Shown one piece after another: positions 10,077 through 20,728 of a stretch of DNA of 64,000 nucleotides. The notes under the pieces are model-generated. The model did not search any database. It saw only the letters and a list, made by a program, of their open reading frames with translations, and was not told the DNA's origin. Location: assembly GCA_008373205.1 (NCBI GenBank), contig RQOS01000022.1:1995-65994 (forward strand), read 5' to 3'. Position 1 is the first letter of the stretch, and each line of letters starts with the position of its first letter. The position numbers were made by a program, and so were the translations under genes. Origin of the DNA: SAR202 cluster bacterium. Lineage in GTDB: Bacteria > Chloroflexota > Dehalococcoidia > Lucifugimonadales > Lucifugimonadaceae.

Positions 10077-10835
10077 TTATTTTTTCACTTCTGAGATAAT
10101 TTTTTCATACCCATTATTTTCAATATCAAGAGCTAAATCTTTATTACCTGATTTTACAATTGAACCGTCTACCAAAACGTGAACAAAATCAGGTTCAATG
10201 TAATTTAATATTCTTTGGTAGTGAGTAACTATTATGAAAGATCTATTAGAAGATTTTAGTGCATTTACTCCATCAGAAACTTCTCTCAAAGCATCAACAT
10301 CAAGTCCTGAGTCTGTTTCATCAAGTATGGCTAAACTTGGTTCTAAAACAGACAATTGCAATATTTCATTTTTTTTCTTCTCACCACCAGAAAAACCGAA
10401 ATTCAATGATCTTTTTGTTAGATCAATATCAATACCTAAATCTTTAACTTTTTGATCATATAATTTTGAAAATTCTCTTACGCTGAGTTTCTTTTCTTTA
10501 TAATATTCTTTTTTAGCATCCAATGATGATTTGAGCATTTGAAAAGACCTTACACCTGGAATCTCAGATGGATATTGAAATGCAAGAAACATTCCTAAAT
10601 GAGATCTTTCATCTGGTGGCAAATCGTTTATTAATAATGATTTGAAATGTATTTCTCCATCAGTAATTTCATAGTCAGGTCTTCCTGCTAGAACATTAGC
10701 CAAGGTACTCTTTCCAGAACCATTAGGCCCCATAATAGCATGAATTTCTCCTTCATTAACAGACAAATCGATTCCATTCAAAATCATTTCATCGTTATCT
10801 ATAACTTTTGCTTTTAAATTATTTATTTTTAACAA
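10077..10835 (-). CDS. sufC: Fe-S cluster assembly ATPase SufC
   Basis: Walker A GPNGSGKST, signature FSGGEKKK, Walker B LAILDETDSGLD, H-loop VTHY. Confidence 0.9.
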   Translation of the reverse strand: MLKINNLKAKVIDNDEMILNGIDLSVNEGEIHAIMGPNGSGKSTLANVLAGRPDYEITDGEIHFKSLLINDLPPDERSHLGMFLAFQYPSEIPGVRSFQMLKSSLDAKKEYYKEKKLSVREFSKLYDQKVKDLGIDIDLTKRSLNFGFSGGEKKKNEILQLSVLEPSLAILDETDSGLDVDALREVSDGVNALKSSNRSFIIVTHYQRILNYIEPDFVHVLVDGSIVKSGNKDLALDIENNGYEKIISEVKK

Positions 10836-10895
10836 TTATTTCTCCAATATATGTATATATTTTTTTAAAGATTTAATAAATTTTTATCTAAAAAT

Positions 10896-12359
10896 TTATC
10901 CAACTGCACCTTCAAGACTAACTTTCAAAAGTTGAGAGGCTTCAAGAGAGAATTCGAAAGGCAATTCTTTAATAACATCTTTACTCCATCCAGTAATAAT
11001 CATATGATTTGCTTCTTCTTCTGATAATCCTCTAGACATAAGGTAGAATAATTGATCCTCTGACACTTTTGAAGTTGAAGCTTCATGCTCTAATCTGGCA
11101 GAAGAATTTTTTACTTCAATATAAGGTACAGTGTGAGCACCACATTTATCTCCTATTAACAATGAATCACACTGAGTATGGTTCATAGCTCCGTCTGCAG
11201 AAGGCATAATTTTGATTTGGCCTCGATAAGTATTTTGTCCTTGTCCAGCAGATATTCCTTTAGAAACAACTGTAGATTTAGTATTTTTACCTATATGAAT
11301 CATTTTGGTGCCTGTATCAGCTTGTTGATGATTATTAGCTAAAGCAACTGAATAAAACTCACCAATAGAATTATCACCCTGTAAAATAACAGATGGATAT
11401 TTCCAAGTAATTGCTGAACCTGTTTCAACTTGAGTCCACGAAATCTTCGAATCTTTGCTAGCTTTTCCTCGTTTGGTTACAAAATTATATACACCACCCT
11501 CACCTTCTTTAGTCCCTGGAAACCAATTTTGAACAGTTGAATACTTAATTTCAGCTTTCTCTAAAGCTACTAGTTCAACAACTGCAGCATGCAATTGTGA
11601 TGTTTTTCTAAAAGGAGCTGTACAACCTTCTAGATAAGAAACATATGCATCTTCATCAGCAATAATTAGAGTTCTCTCAAATTGGCCTGAGCCTTCAGTA
11701 TTAATTCTAAAATAAGTCATTAATTCTATAGGGCACCTAACCCCAGGTGGAATATAAGCAAACGAGCCATCTGAGAATACAGCTGAATTCAAAGATGCAA
11801 AAAAGTTATCTGAATAAGGGACAACAGATCCTATATATTTTTTTACTAAATCAGGATGATTTTTTACAGCATCATTAAATGAGCAAAATATTATACCCAT
11901 ATCTTTTAATTGATCATCTAGAGTATTTGCAACTGAAACTGAATCAAATACTGCATCAACAGCAACACCGGCTAATTTTTCTCTTTCATTTATTGGAATT
12001 CCAAGTTTTTCAAAAGTTTCTAGCATCTCTGGATCAACATCATCTAATGATTTCGGTGTCTCAGTCATAGATTTTGGTGCGGCATAGTAGTATATATCTT
12101 GATAGTCTATTGGTGGATAATTTACTTTTGCCCAAGTCGGCTCTTTATGATTTTTGTTGATTTTTTCCCAATGTTTATATGCCCTCATTCTCCAATCAAG
12201 CATCCATTGAGGTTCATTTTTTTTCTTAGATATTAACTCAACTATTGATTCATCAATTCCCTTAGGAGCAAGTTCTGTTTCTACATCAGTTGTAAATCCC
12301 CATTTGTACTCCATTCCGGAAAGATCTGTCTCTCTAGAAATGCTATCTGGTGTTGGCAT
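10896..12359 (-). CDS. sufB: Fe-S cluster assembly protein SufB
   Basis: 487 aa. Contains [13 protein letters not shown] and [27 protein letters not shown], typical of SufB. Confidence 0.9.
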   Translation of the reverse strand: MPTPDSISRETDLSGMEYKWGFTTDVETELAPKGIDESIVELISKKKNEPQWMLDWRMRAYKHWEKINKNHKEPTWAKVNYPPIDYQDIYYYAAPKSMTETPKSLDDVDPEMLETFEKLGIPINEREKLAGVAVDAVFDSVSVANTLDDQLKDMGIIFCSFNDAVKNHPDLVKKYIGSVVPYSDNFFASLNSAVFSDGSFAYIPPGVRCPIELMTYFRINTEGSGQFERTLIIADEDAYVSYLEGCTAPFRKTSQLHAAVVELVALEKAEIKYSTVQNWFPGTKEGEGGVYNFVTKRGKASKDSKISWTQVETGSAITWKYPSVILQGDNSIGEFYSVALANNHQQADTGTKMIHIGKNTKSTVVSKGISAGQGQNTYRGQIKIMPSADGAMNHTQCDSLLIGDKCGAHTVPYIEVKNSSARLEHEASTSKVSEDQLFYLMSRGLSEEEANHMIITGWSKDVIKELPFEFSLEASQLLKVSLEGAVG

Positions 12360-12467
12360 ATAAGTTATCTCCTGAAATAATTTTTTTTGTCTACTTATAT
12401 ATTATAATCTTATAATAACTAATATAAAATGATTTCTTAGACTAAATATTAATTTTCAAAATTTATA

Positions 12468-13928
12468 ATGCAATATGAAGCAGTAATAGGACTAGAAACA
12501 CATGTCCAACTAAATACAAACTCTAAAATGTTTAGTAAATCTAGTGCTAAATATCAAAATTCAGAGCCAAATACATTAGTAGACCCAACTTCTATGGGTT
12601 TACCTGGTGCACTTCCAGTAGTAAACAAAAAAGCAGTTGAAAGCGCAATTAAAATTGGGCTTGCATTAAATTGCGGAATTTCAAAATTCACAAAATTTGA
12701 TAGAAAACAATATTTTTATCCTGACTTAATGAAAGGCTACCAAATTTCCCAATTTGATGAACCTATTTGTGTAGAAGGTAATTTAATTTTGTCTAATGAA
12801 AAGAAAATCAGAATAAATAGAGTTCATATGGAAGAAGATGTTGCAAAATTAACTCATATAAATACAAGAGATTCAAATTATAGTTTGTTAGACATTAACA
12901 GATCTGGGACTCCATTAATGGAAATTGTCACAGAACCAGACCTTAGCTCTTCTGATGAAGTTGTCGAATACATAGAAAAACTTCAACAAATAATCAGGTA
13001 TATCCAAGTTGGATCAGCAAATATGGAAGAAGGTTCTTTTAGGTGTGATGCAAATATAAGTGTTCGAGAAAAAGGATCTAAGACACTTGGAACTAAGGTA
13101 GAAATAAAAAATATGAATAGAATTTCAGCAGTTGCTGAAGCAGTTAATTATGAAATTAAAAGACAAATAAAGTGTATTGAAAATAGTGAAAAAATTATTC
13201 AGGAAACTAGAGGATGGCTTGAAGAAAAATCTATGACTATTTCTCAAAGAACTAAAGAAGAATCAAATGATTACAGATATTTTCCTGAACCTGACATACC
13301 TCCATTAAGATTAGACGATAATTGGATAGATAATATCAAGCAAAATCTTCCAGTATTACCTGAAACAAGGAGAATGAAATATATAAATGAATATCAACTT
13401 AGTGATTACGATGCAAAGCTACTAAGTGAAGATATAAATTTTTCAGATTTTTTTGAAGAAACAATACTAGGTATAGATAAAAAATATCAAGATAATGAAA
13501 CAATTAAATATATTGCAAACATAATGAATGGTGAGTTCAATAGATTATTGAACCTTGATTCTGGGATGAAGGTTTCAGATATAAAATTTAATCCAAAAGA
13601 TTTATCTAAACTAGTTGAAATATACAAAGATAACTCAATTAATAACAAAATACTTAAGTCTGTTTTTGAGGATATGTGGAATACAGGAGCAAATGCAGAA
13701 GAAATAATTTCTAAACAAAATTTGGGAATAATATCTAATAGTAATGAGCTAGAAGATAAAATTAATAATATAATTGAAAATAATCCAAAAGCTGTAGATG
13801 ATTTTATAGCGGGAAAAGAACAATCAAAAAAATTCCTTCTTGGACAAGTAATGAAAGAAACTAAAGGACAAGCTGATCCAAGAATTTCAATGGAAATAAT
13901 ATCAAAAATTTTAGAATCAAAAAAATAA
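12468..13928 (+). CDS. gatB: Asp/Glu-tRNA amidotransferase subunit B
   Basis: YEAVIGLETHVQL, GLPGALPV, MEEDVAKL, and a C-terminal GatB/YqeY tail (FLLGQVMKETKGQADP). Confidence 0.9.
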   Translation: MQYEAVIGLETHVQLNTNSKMFSKSSAKYQNSEPNTLVDPTSMGLPGALPVVNKKAVESAIKIGLALNCGISKFTKFDRKQYFYPDLMKGYQISQFDEPICVEGNLILSNEKKIRINRVHMEEDVAKLTHINTRDSNYSLLDINRSGTPLMEIVTEPDLSSSDEVVEYIEKLQQIIRYIQVGSANMEEGSFRCDANISVREKGSKTLGTKVEIKNMNRISAVAEAVNYEIKRQIKCIENSEKIIQETRGWLEEKSMTISQRTKEESNDYRYFPEPDIPPLRLDDNWIDNIKQNLPVLPETRRMKYINEYQLSDYDAKLLSEDINFSDFFEETILGIDKKYQDNETIKYIANIMNGEFNRLLNLDSGMKVSDIKFNPKDLSKLVEIYKDNSINNKILKSVFEDMWNTGANAEEIISKQNLGIISNSNELEDKINNIIENNPKAVDDFIAGKEQSKKFLLGQVMKETKGQADPRISMEIISKILESKK

Positions 13929-13943
13929 CTTAAAGGATGTAAT

Positions 13944-14156
13944 TTGGATCAATTATTCACAATACTAATGATGGTTTTTGCGGTAATTATAGTAATCATA
14001 ATTCTAATGCAAACCAGAGGAAGCACAACTGGGCTATTTGGTCAATCAGACGGATCCTTTAGATCAAGAAGAGGCATAGAACAAATCCTTTTCAGATTAA
14101 CCATTGTATTAATTGTAGTATTTGTTGGTGTTGCTGTTCTAAATGTAAGATTCTAA
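13944..14156 (+). CDS. secG: preprotein translocase subunit SecG
   Basis: 70 aa with two TM helices flanking a Gly-rich loop (QTRGSTTGLFGQSDGSF). AAGGA SD 6 nt before the TTG start. Confidence 0.65.
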   Translation: MDQLFTILMMVFAVIIVIIILMQTRGSTTGLFGQSDGSFRSRRGIEQILFRLTIVLIVVFVGVAVLNVRF

Positions 14157-15487
14157 ATCTTTCTATAAGTTGAACCATCTTTAGAATCAAGAATTTCAAT
14201 ACCTAAGTCTAAAAGTTGATCTCTAATCTTATCAGCTTGATCATATTTTTTTTCAATTCTAAAATTATTCCTTTTTTCTAATAAATCTATAATGTCTTTA
14301 TCTTCTAATTTATTATTCTCAGTATCAAATCCCAGTATATTTAATAGGTTCTTCAGAAGATTTACCCCTTCTGCAATTCCTTGGCTTTTACTATTTCGAA
14401 CATTTATTTCATGAACTAAATCAAAAATTGTAGCTACAGCTGAAGGAGTACCTAAGTCATCATTCATTGATTCTTCAAAATCATCTAGATATTTATTAGT
14501 ATCAAAACCATTTTTTCCTTCAAGAGATAAAGCCCTTTCAATTCTCTGATACGATTTCTGAGCAATTGATAATGAATCATCGTCTAATGTACTTGGTTGC
14601 CTGTAATGACTTTGTAAAATCCAAAGTCTTATTGCATTTCCAGAATAGTTTTCCAAAGCATCCCTTACATCAAAAGAATTTCCTAGAGATTTACTCATTT
14701 TTTCATCTCCAGCTCTTTTTAATAGTCCGTTATGTACCCATATCTTAGAGAATGGCTTTAGTCCAGTGGCAGATTCACTTTGAACAATTTCATTTTCATG
14801 ATGAGGGAAAATCAAATCTAGTCCTCCTCCATGAATATCTATAGTTTCACCTAAATGTTTTTTTGCCATTGCAGAACATTCTATATGCCATCCTGGTCTA
14901 CCTATTCCCCATGGACTTTCCCAATGCGGTTCATCAGGTGGAGCTTTTTTCCATAAAGCAAAATCTTCAACATTTTTTTTATCTGGATCATTTTCAATTC
15001 TAGTTCCGTCAATTTCTTCGTCGACATTTCTTCGAGAAAGTTTACCATAATCTGATGAGTATGAAACATCAAAATAAACACTACCATTAGAACTGTAAGC
15101 TGCTTTATTATCAATAAGTGAAGATATAAGTTCGATGATTTCTTTCATATCTTCAGTAGCTCTAGGATGGACATCAGCTCTTCTTACACCTAATGCATCC
15201 ATATCTTCGAAAAAACTATCTATATATTTTTCAGCAACTTCTTGAGCTGAAATATTTAATTCTTTGGATTTATTAATAATTTTGTCATCAACATCTGTAA
15301 AGTTTTGAACTCTTTTAACATCATAGCCACTGTATTCTAAGAATCTATGTAGAACATCAAATGTAACTGTAGATAAAGCATGTCCTAAATGCGGACGGTC
15401 ATAAACTGTAACTCCGCAAACATACATTTTGATTTTATCTTTTGATAGTTTTTCTTTTTTTCTAGTTAATGAATTATATAAAAACAT
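14153..15487 (-). CDS. cysS: cysteine--tRNA ligase
   Basis: Class I HIGH (HLGHA) and KMSKS (KMSKSLGN) motifs, WHIECSAM zinc site, C-terminal anticodon-binding helical domain. Confidence 0.88.
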   Translation of the reverse strand: MFLYNSLTRKKEKLSKDKIKMYVCGVTVYDRPHLGHALSTVTFDVLHRFLEYSGYDVKRVQNFTDVDDKIINKSKELNISAQEVAEKYIDSFFEDMDALGVRRADVHPRATEDMKEIIELISSLIDNKAAYSSNGSVYFDVSYSSDYGKLSRRNVDEEIDGTRIENDPDKKNVEDFALWKKAPPDEPHWESPWGIGRPGWHIECSAMAKKHLGETIDIHGGGLDLIFPHHENEIVQSESATGLKPFSKIWVHNGLLKRAGDEKMSKSLGNSFDVRDALENYSGNAIRLWILQSHYRQPSTLDDDSLSIAQKSYQRIERALSLEGKNGFDTNKYLDDFEESMNDDLGTPSAVATIFDLVHEINVRNSKSQGIAEGVNLLKNLLNILGFDTENNKLEDKDIIDLLEKRNNFRIEKKYDQADKIRDQLLDLGIEILDSKDGSTYRKI

Positions 15488-15497
15488 AAATCAATTA

Positions 15498-16643
15498 TTA
15501 TCGTTTCTTAATCGTTGCGATTGTTTGGCAACCAATTGCATTTTCAGAACCAATTATACCCATTTTATCTGTAGTCGTACTTTTAATATTTATATTTTTT
15601 TCATTTATTCTAAGAATCTCTGATAGTCTATTTTTCATTTGATCTGTGTAATTAGAAATTCTAGGCTTTTGAGCTATAACAGTAACATCAATATATATAA
15701 TCTCAAATCCTTCATCTCTAATAAGTTTAGAAATCTCACTAAGCATTTGAGTTGAGTCTATATTTTTTAATGATTTATCATTTGAAGGGTAAAATTTTCC
15801 AATATCTCCCAAATTACATCCACCTAGAATAGAATCAATAATTGAATGAATTAAGACATCTCCATCAGAATGTCCTTCTAACTTAAAAGGAAAGTCAATA
15901 TCTACTCCACCAAGTCTCAATTTTTTATCAGGGATTAGTTTATGCAAGTCGAACCCAATTCCATAGAATGAAGCTGATCTGACATCATTTTTGGTAGTTA
16001 TTTTTATGTTATTTTCATCACCTGGTAAAACTTTAACTCTATATTTTGTATTATCTAAAAAGGAAGAATCATCAGTAATTTCATTAAGATTTTTATTATT
16101 GTTTATATTTTCTATCAAAATTTCTTTCTTAAAAAATTGAGGGGTTTGGACATTAATTAATTTATCTCTTATTAATGTTTTTTTTACAAAATTATCATCC
16201 GTAATTATTTTTACTGTGTCAGTTGGGGTTAGTCCAAATATTACAGAGTCATAGATTTCAATATTCTTAATACCTTCATAGAACATATCTTTTTTAGTAA
16301 ATGGTCTTGCTCCATCATGCACTACTAGATAATCAATATTTAGTTTTTGATCAGTTATAAAATCTAGTGCGCATAATAACGAATCAGCCCTATTTTTACC
16401 TCCATAAACAGAATATATTTTTTTATCTGAATTTATTTGAATTAATAATTTTTCAATTTTCAATTCATCTTTCTTAGAATTAACTATTAATATTGAATCA
16501 ATATGCTCTACAGAAAGTATATTTTCAATCGTTCTTTGTAAAACAGGTTTACCATCTATTTCAAAAAAAAGCTTATTATCATTAAATCTCTCAGAATTGC
16601 CTGCAGCAAGAATTATTGCAAGTATTTTTTTTGAAGGTTCCAT
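15498..16643 (-). CDS. ispDF: bifunctional IspD/IspF (MEP cytidylyltransferase / MEcPP synthase)
   Basis: N-terminal half AIILAAGNSERF...VVHDGARP (IspD). C-terminal half GIGFDLHKL...EGHSDGDVLIHSI...GDIGKFYP (IspF). Confidence 0.85.
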   Translation of the reverse strand: MEPSKKILAIILAAGNSERFNDNKLFFEIDGKPVLQRTIENILSVEHIDSILIVNSKKDELKIEKLLIQINSDKKIYSVYGGKNRADSLLCALDFITDQKLNIDYLVVHDGARPFTKKDMFYEGIKNIEIYDSVIFGLTPTDTVKIITDDNFVKKTLIRDKLINVQTPQFFKKEILIENINNNKNLNEITDDSSFLDNTKYRVKVLPGDENNIKITTKNDVRSASFYGIGFDLHKLIPDKKLRLGGVDIDFPFKLEGHSDGDVLIHSIIDSILGGCNLGDIGKFYPSNDKSLKNIDSTQMLSEISKLIRDEGFEIIYIDVTVIAQKPRISNYTDQMKNRLSEILRINEKNINIKSTTTDKMGIIGSENAIGCQTIATIKKR

Positions 16644-16657
16644 ATCTTTATTTTTTT

Positions 16658-19183
16658 TTATTTCTTTTTAGATATTATTATTTCATCACCCTTAAGTCTG
16701 AGAGAAACCGTATCTCCTTCTTTTAATTCTTTAGCTATTATCATTTTTGAAATTTTATTTTCTATTTCTTTTTGTAATAATCTTTTCAATGGTCTAGCAC
16801 CATAAAATTTATCAAACCCTTTATCAGCTATCCAATCTTTTACTTTTCTTCCAGCAGTTATACTAATTTCCAAATTTTCTAACTTTTTATCTAAGTCTGA
16901 AAAAACTTTATCAACAATTTTATTTAGATCTTCCTTTGAGAGTGAGTCAAATATTATAATTTCATCAATTCTGTTTAGAAACTCCGGTCTAAAATAAGAT
17001 TTTAATGAATCATTTACACCATCAGATATTTCTTGTTCTGATTTTTCTGATTTTTTATTAAAACCAAGTGCTTCTTTACCTACTATATTGGTACCTATAT
17101 TTGAAGTCATAATAATAACTGTGTTCGTAAAATCCACTGTTCTACCTTGACCATCTGTAAGTCTTCCATCATCAAGTACTTGCAATAATATATTGAATAT
17201 ATCTTGATGAGCTTTTTCAACCTCATCTAAAAGAATTACACTGTAAGGATTTCTTCTTACTGCTTCAGTTAGTTGCCCAGCATCATCGTATCCAACGTAT
17301 CCAGGAGGAGCTCCTATTAATCTAGCCATAGAATAACTCTCTTTGTATTCAGACATATCAACTCTTATCATGCTATTCTCATCATCAAACAAGAATTCTG
17401 CAAGAGATTTAGCTAGTTCAGTTTTACCAACTCCAGTGGGGCCCAAAAAAATGAATGAGCCTATGGGCTTTGTTGGATCTTGTAATCCTGCACGACTTCG
17501 TCTTATCGCATTAGAAATACTTTCAACCGCTTTTGTTTGACCAATTACTCTTTCATGTAATCTCTGCTCTAGTTTAAGTAATTTATTAGCTTCTTTTTCA
17601 ACTAGATTATCAACAGGTATTCCTGTTTTATCTGCTACAATTTTTGCAACATGTTCTGGTTGAACTATATCAATAAGTTGATTATTAAATTTCCATTTTT
17701 CAAATTCTTTTTTTCTTTTCTCTAAAAGTAAAATTCTTTTTTTTCTAATATCATCAGCTGCAGAATCATTGTTTTTTGAAAAAAGAAAATCTTCTTCCTC
17801 CTGAAAGGATTCAATTTGTAAATCATAGTCAATAATTTGACTAGGTATATCTGGGTTATCAATATTTGCTCTAGATAGTGCTTCATCCATAAGATCAATA
17901 GCTTTATCAGGTAAAAATCTATTCTTAACATATCTATCAGACAATATAACAGCAGATTTAATTGCTTCATCAGAAATTTTTAGCCCATGATGATTTTCAT
18001 ACTTTGACCTCAATCCTTCAAGCATACTAATAGAATCAGAAATATTTGGCTCAGCAATAGATACTGGAGAAAATCTTCTTTCTAAAGCTTGATCCGTTTC
18101 AATATATTTTCTATACTCATCTGGCGTCGTGGCACCTATTGTTTGAAGCTTTCCCCTAGCTAGTGCTGGTTTCATCATATTAGATGCATCTAACGCACCT
18201 CCTCCAGAGCCAGCGCCAACAACTGTATGAATCTCATCAATAAATAAAATTATTTCTCCTCTTGCTTCTTCCATTTCTTTCAAAATTGATTGAAGCCTTT
18301 CTTCAAATTCTCCTCTGACACCTGTTCCTGCTAATAATTGACCTAACTGAAGAGATAATAATCTTTTACCTCTCATAGAATTTGGTACATTACCTCCAAC
18401 TATATTTAAAGCCAAGCCTTCTGCTATTGCAGTCTTTCCTACGCCTGCATCACCAATTACTACTGGATTATTTTTAGTTCTTCTGGAAAGTATTTGTTGA
18501 ACTCTTTTAATTTCTTTTTCTCTACCAATTATTGGATCAATAAGGTTTTCTTTAGCTAACGCAGTTAAGTCGATTGAATATTTCTCTAAATTTTCATACT
18601 TAGTTTTGTCATCGGAATTTTCTTCAGGAAGATTATAATCATTAATTGATTTAGTCTTCTTTTCATTTTCAACATTCCTTAAATTATTACCCTGAGAATT
18701 AACAACATTTATCGCAGTAGCTAAGTTCCCAACAGTTAACCTAGACCCCAATATGAGATTTTGGGTTTCAAAAGGTAGTTCATAGGGATAATTCTTGACT
18801 ACTTGAACAATTCCCATCAAAACTAAATCTACTGATATTTCTTGCATGTGATTATACTCAGCTTGCTTAATAGAAAACTCGTAGATTGGATTCATTAAAT
18901 CTGGAACAAAGTCTAATTCCTGATACTTTTGCATAGATTTAATTTTTTGCCCAATTCTAGATTTGTAAGATACTAAAAATTTCTTTTTTCTATCCTCAGG
19001 TGCATTAATTGCTGTCATTAATATTTCTACAGCTCTTTTATTATCAAGAAGTGCTAGCATTAAGTGATCTAAAGTGTAAAAATGACTTTTATAAACCTGA
19101 TCAACATAGTGCCTACCCATTTCATAAACTTCAATCAAGTTATCATCCATTGAATCTTTAGACCAAACCTCAGATGTAATCAT
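16658..19183 (-). CDS. clpC: AAA+ chaperone/unfoldase ClpC-type
   Basis: Two Walker A motifs ([16 protein letters not shown]) about 337 aa apart by my count. Short middle domain, LGF ClpP-docking tripeptide (KEALGFNKK), Clp_N-like N-domain. Confidence 0.8.
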   Translation of the reverse strand: MITSEVWSKDSMDDNLIEVYEMGRHYVDQVYKSHFYTLDHLMLALLDNKRAVEILMTAINAPEDRKKKFLVSYKSRIGQKIKSMQKYQELDFVPDLMNPIYEFSIKQAEYNHMQEISVDLVLMGIVQVVKNYPYELPFETQNLILGSRLTVGNLATAINVVNSQGNNLRNVENEKKTKSINDYNLPEENSDDKTKYENLEKYSIDLTALAKENLIDPIIGREKEIKRVQQILSRRTKNNPVVIGDAGVGKTAIAEGLALNIVGGNVPNSMRGKRLLSLQLGQLLAGTGVRGEFEERLQSILKEMEEARGEIILFIDEIHTVVGAGSGGGALDASNMMKPALARGKLQTIGATTPDEYRKYIETDQALERRFSPVSIAEPNISDSISMLEGLRSKYENHHGLKISDEAIKSAVILSDRYVKNRFLPDKAIDLMDEALSRANIDNPDIPSQIIDYDLQIESFQEEEDFLFSKNNDSAADDIRKKRILLLEKRKKEFEKWKFNNQLIDIVQPEHVAKIVADKTGIPVDNLVEKEANKLLKLEQRLHERVIGQTKAVESISNAIRRSRAGLQDPTKPIGSFIFLGPTGVGKTELAKSLAEFLFDDENSMIRVDMSEYKESYSMARLIGAPPGYVGYDDAGQLTEAVRRNPYSVILLDEVEKAHQDIFNILLQVLDDGRLTDGQGRTVDFTNTVIIMTSNIGTNIVGKEALGFNKKSEKSEQEISDGVNDSLKSYFRPEFLNRIDEIIIFDSLSKEDLNKIVDKVFSDLDKKLENLEISITAGRKVKDWIADKGFDKFYGARPLKRLLQKEIENKISKMIIAKELKEGDTVSLRLKGDEIIISKKK

Positions 19184-19530
19184 AAAAATCTCCTATTTTT
19201 TTCAGGTAACTCTTTCATAGTTCCTCTACTTTTAAAACGCATTAGTTCAGATTCTAGAAATTCAATCTTATTTTCTAGATCATTTATTTCCTTCATTAAT
19301 TCTGTAATAATTTCTATTCCAGCCCTATTGATTCCAAATTTTTCTATCCAATCTTTGACTTTTTCGATTTTCTCTATATCAATTATTGAATAATACCTTG
19401 TACCGCCGGGAGATCTAAAAGGAACAATTAAGTTCCATCTCTCATAATTTCGTAAAGTCTGTTGATGCAAACCAACAATTTTAGAAACTATTCCTATTCC
19501 ATATACAGGGTCTTCTCTTGATAAACTAAT
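19180..19530 (-). CDS. MerR-family heat-shock regulator (HspR-like); start codon uncertain, possibly ATT
   Basis: The track ORF starts at TTG 19470, but the HTH continues upstream in frame (PVYGIGIVSKIVG-LHQQTLRNYERWNLIVPFRSPGGTRYYS). The frame opens at ATT 19530 right after a TAG. There is a 4-nt overlap with clpC. Confidence 0.6.
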   Translation of the reverse strand: MSLSREDPVYGIGIVSKIVGLHQQTLRNYERWNLIVPFRSPGGTRYYSIIDIEKIEKVKDWIEKFGINRAGIEIITELMKEINDLENKIEFLESELMRFKSRGTMKELPEKNRRFL

Positions 19531-19598
19531 CTAATTAACCTTACTTGTATAATTTTTATTATAACATAAATTAATATAATCTATATATATCTAATCAT

Positions 19599-19627
19599 AT
19601 TATCTTATATCATTGTTATAAGATAAT
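19599..19627. promoter_or_regulatory. perfect 11-bp inverted repeat with 7-nt spacer; candidate HspR-type operator
   Basis: ATTATCTTATA (19599-19609), TCATTGT, TATAAGATAAT (19617-19627). Lies about 70-100 nt upstream of the HspR-like/clpC operon in the divergent intergenic region. Confidence 0.35.
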
Positions 19628-19705
19628 TATTTATTAGAATATAATTTATCTTGTTGTTATATAAATAAAATGAGAGATATAATTTATCTATAATGACATT
19701 TCAAA

Positions 19706-20728
19706 ATGAATAATTTATCTTTACCTAAAATTTTTGATCAATATCAAGATGACATAATTTCATACACCAAATCCTTTTATAAAGAATTAAATGATGACTT
19801 ATACACAACTCATAAATATTTTTTAGGTTGGATTGATGAATCAGGTTTAGAATCTAATAGTTCAGGAAAGTCTTTTAGACCTTCACTAATGATGCTAATA
19901 AATGAATCTTTAGGAGGGCAAAAAAATAACATTTTACCCTTAGCCATGTCTATTGAGCTATTCCATAATTTCTCTCTGATTCATGATGATATAGAGGATA
20001 GAGATGAGATAAGAAGAAATAGAAAAACAGTTTGGAAAATATGGGGAGAACCAAAAGGCATTATATCTGGTAATTCAATGCATTCTTTAGCTAGTGAAGC
20101 AATAAATTTATTACCAGAATCACTTAATGAAAAAAAAGTCTTTTTAAGAAAATTGATCAATAGAACCTGCCTATCAGTAATTGAGGGGCAGTATCTTGAT
20201 ATCTCTTTTGAAGATACATTTGAAATTAGAGTTGAAAATTACTTGGAAATGATAAGTAAGAAAACAGGTGCATTAATTGAGACTTCAGCTATTCTTGGTT
20301 GCAGCCTAGAAAAAACAAGTATAGAAAATATTTCTTTATTTACAAAACTTGGTAAATTATTCGGACAAATATTTCAAATCAAAGATGATTATCTAGGAAT
20401 CTGGGGCGATCAAACTTTAGGGAAACCCATAGGTAGTGACATAATAAAGAAAAAAAAGTCTTTACCAATTTTACACCTGATTCAATCCTCAAAAGAGCGT
20501 GATAAAAAAACAATTAATAATATTTTTAGTCAAAAAATAATAGATGAAAAGTCAAAAAAAATAATTCTAGATTTGATGCAAATGTATGATGTTAATTCGT
20601 ATTGCCAAGAAATATTAGAATCAAAGTTCATAATCTGTAAGGAGATTATAGATAAGTTAGATATTTCAGGAGTTTATAAAAAAGATCTTCATAATATAAA
20701 TACATTTCTTATGTATAGGAAACTCTAG
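19706..20728 (+). CDS. polyprenyl diphosphate synthase (FPP/GGPP synthase family)
   Basis: First Asp-rich motif LIHDDIEDRD and second IKDDYLGIWGD. 340 aa. Confidence 0.85.
   Translation: MNNLSLPKIFDQYQDDIISYTKSFYKELNDDLYTTHKYFLGWIDESGLESNSSGKSFRPSLMMLINESLGGQKNNILPLAMSIELFHNFSLIHDDIEDRDEIRRNRKTVWKIWGEPKGIISGNSMHSLASEAINLLPESLNEKKVFLRKLINRTCLSVIEGQYLDISFEDTFEIRVENYLEMISKKTGALIETSAILGCSLEKTSIENISLFTKLGKLFGQIFQIKDDYLGIWGDQTLGKPIGSDIIKKKKSLPILHLIQSSKERDKKTINNIFSQKIIDEKSKKIILDLMQMYDVNSYCQEILESKFIICKEIIDKLDISGVYKKDLHNINTFLMYRKL

Noticed and set aside
14153-15487. The CysS homologue being the mycothiol ligase MshC, given the DUF3090/SCO1664 genes in the window.
   Set aside because: It has full CysS length with a C-terminal anticodon-binding region. 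It sits in the common ispDF-cysS housekeeping context and lies 47 kb from the DUF3090 module.
16658-19183. Calling the AAA+ protein ClpB because of its HspR-like partner.
   Set aside because: The Walker A motifs are about 337 aa apart by my count, and the middle domain is only about 65 aa, both ClpC-like. An LGF ClpP-docking tripeptide is present, which ClpB lacks.
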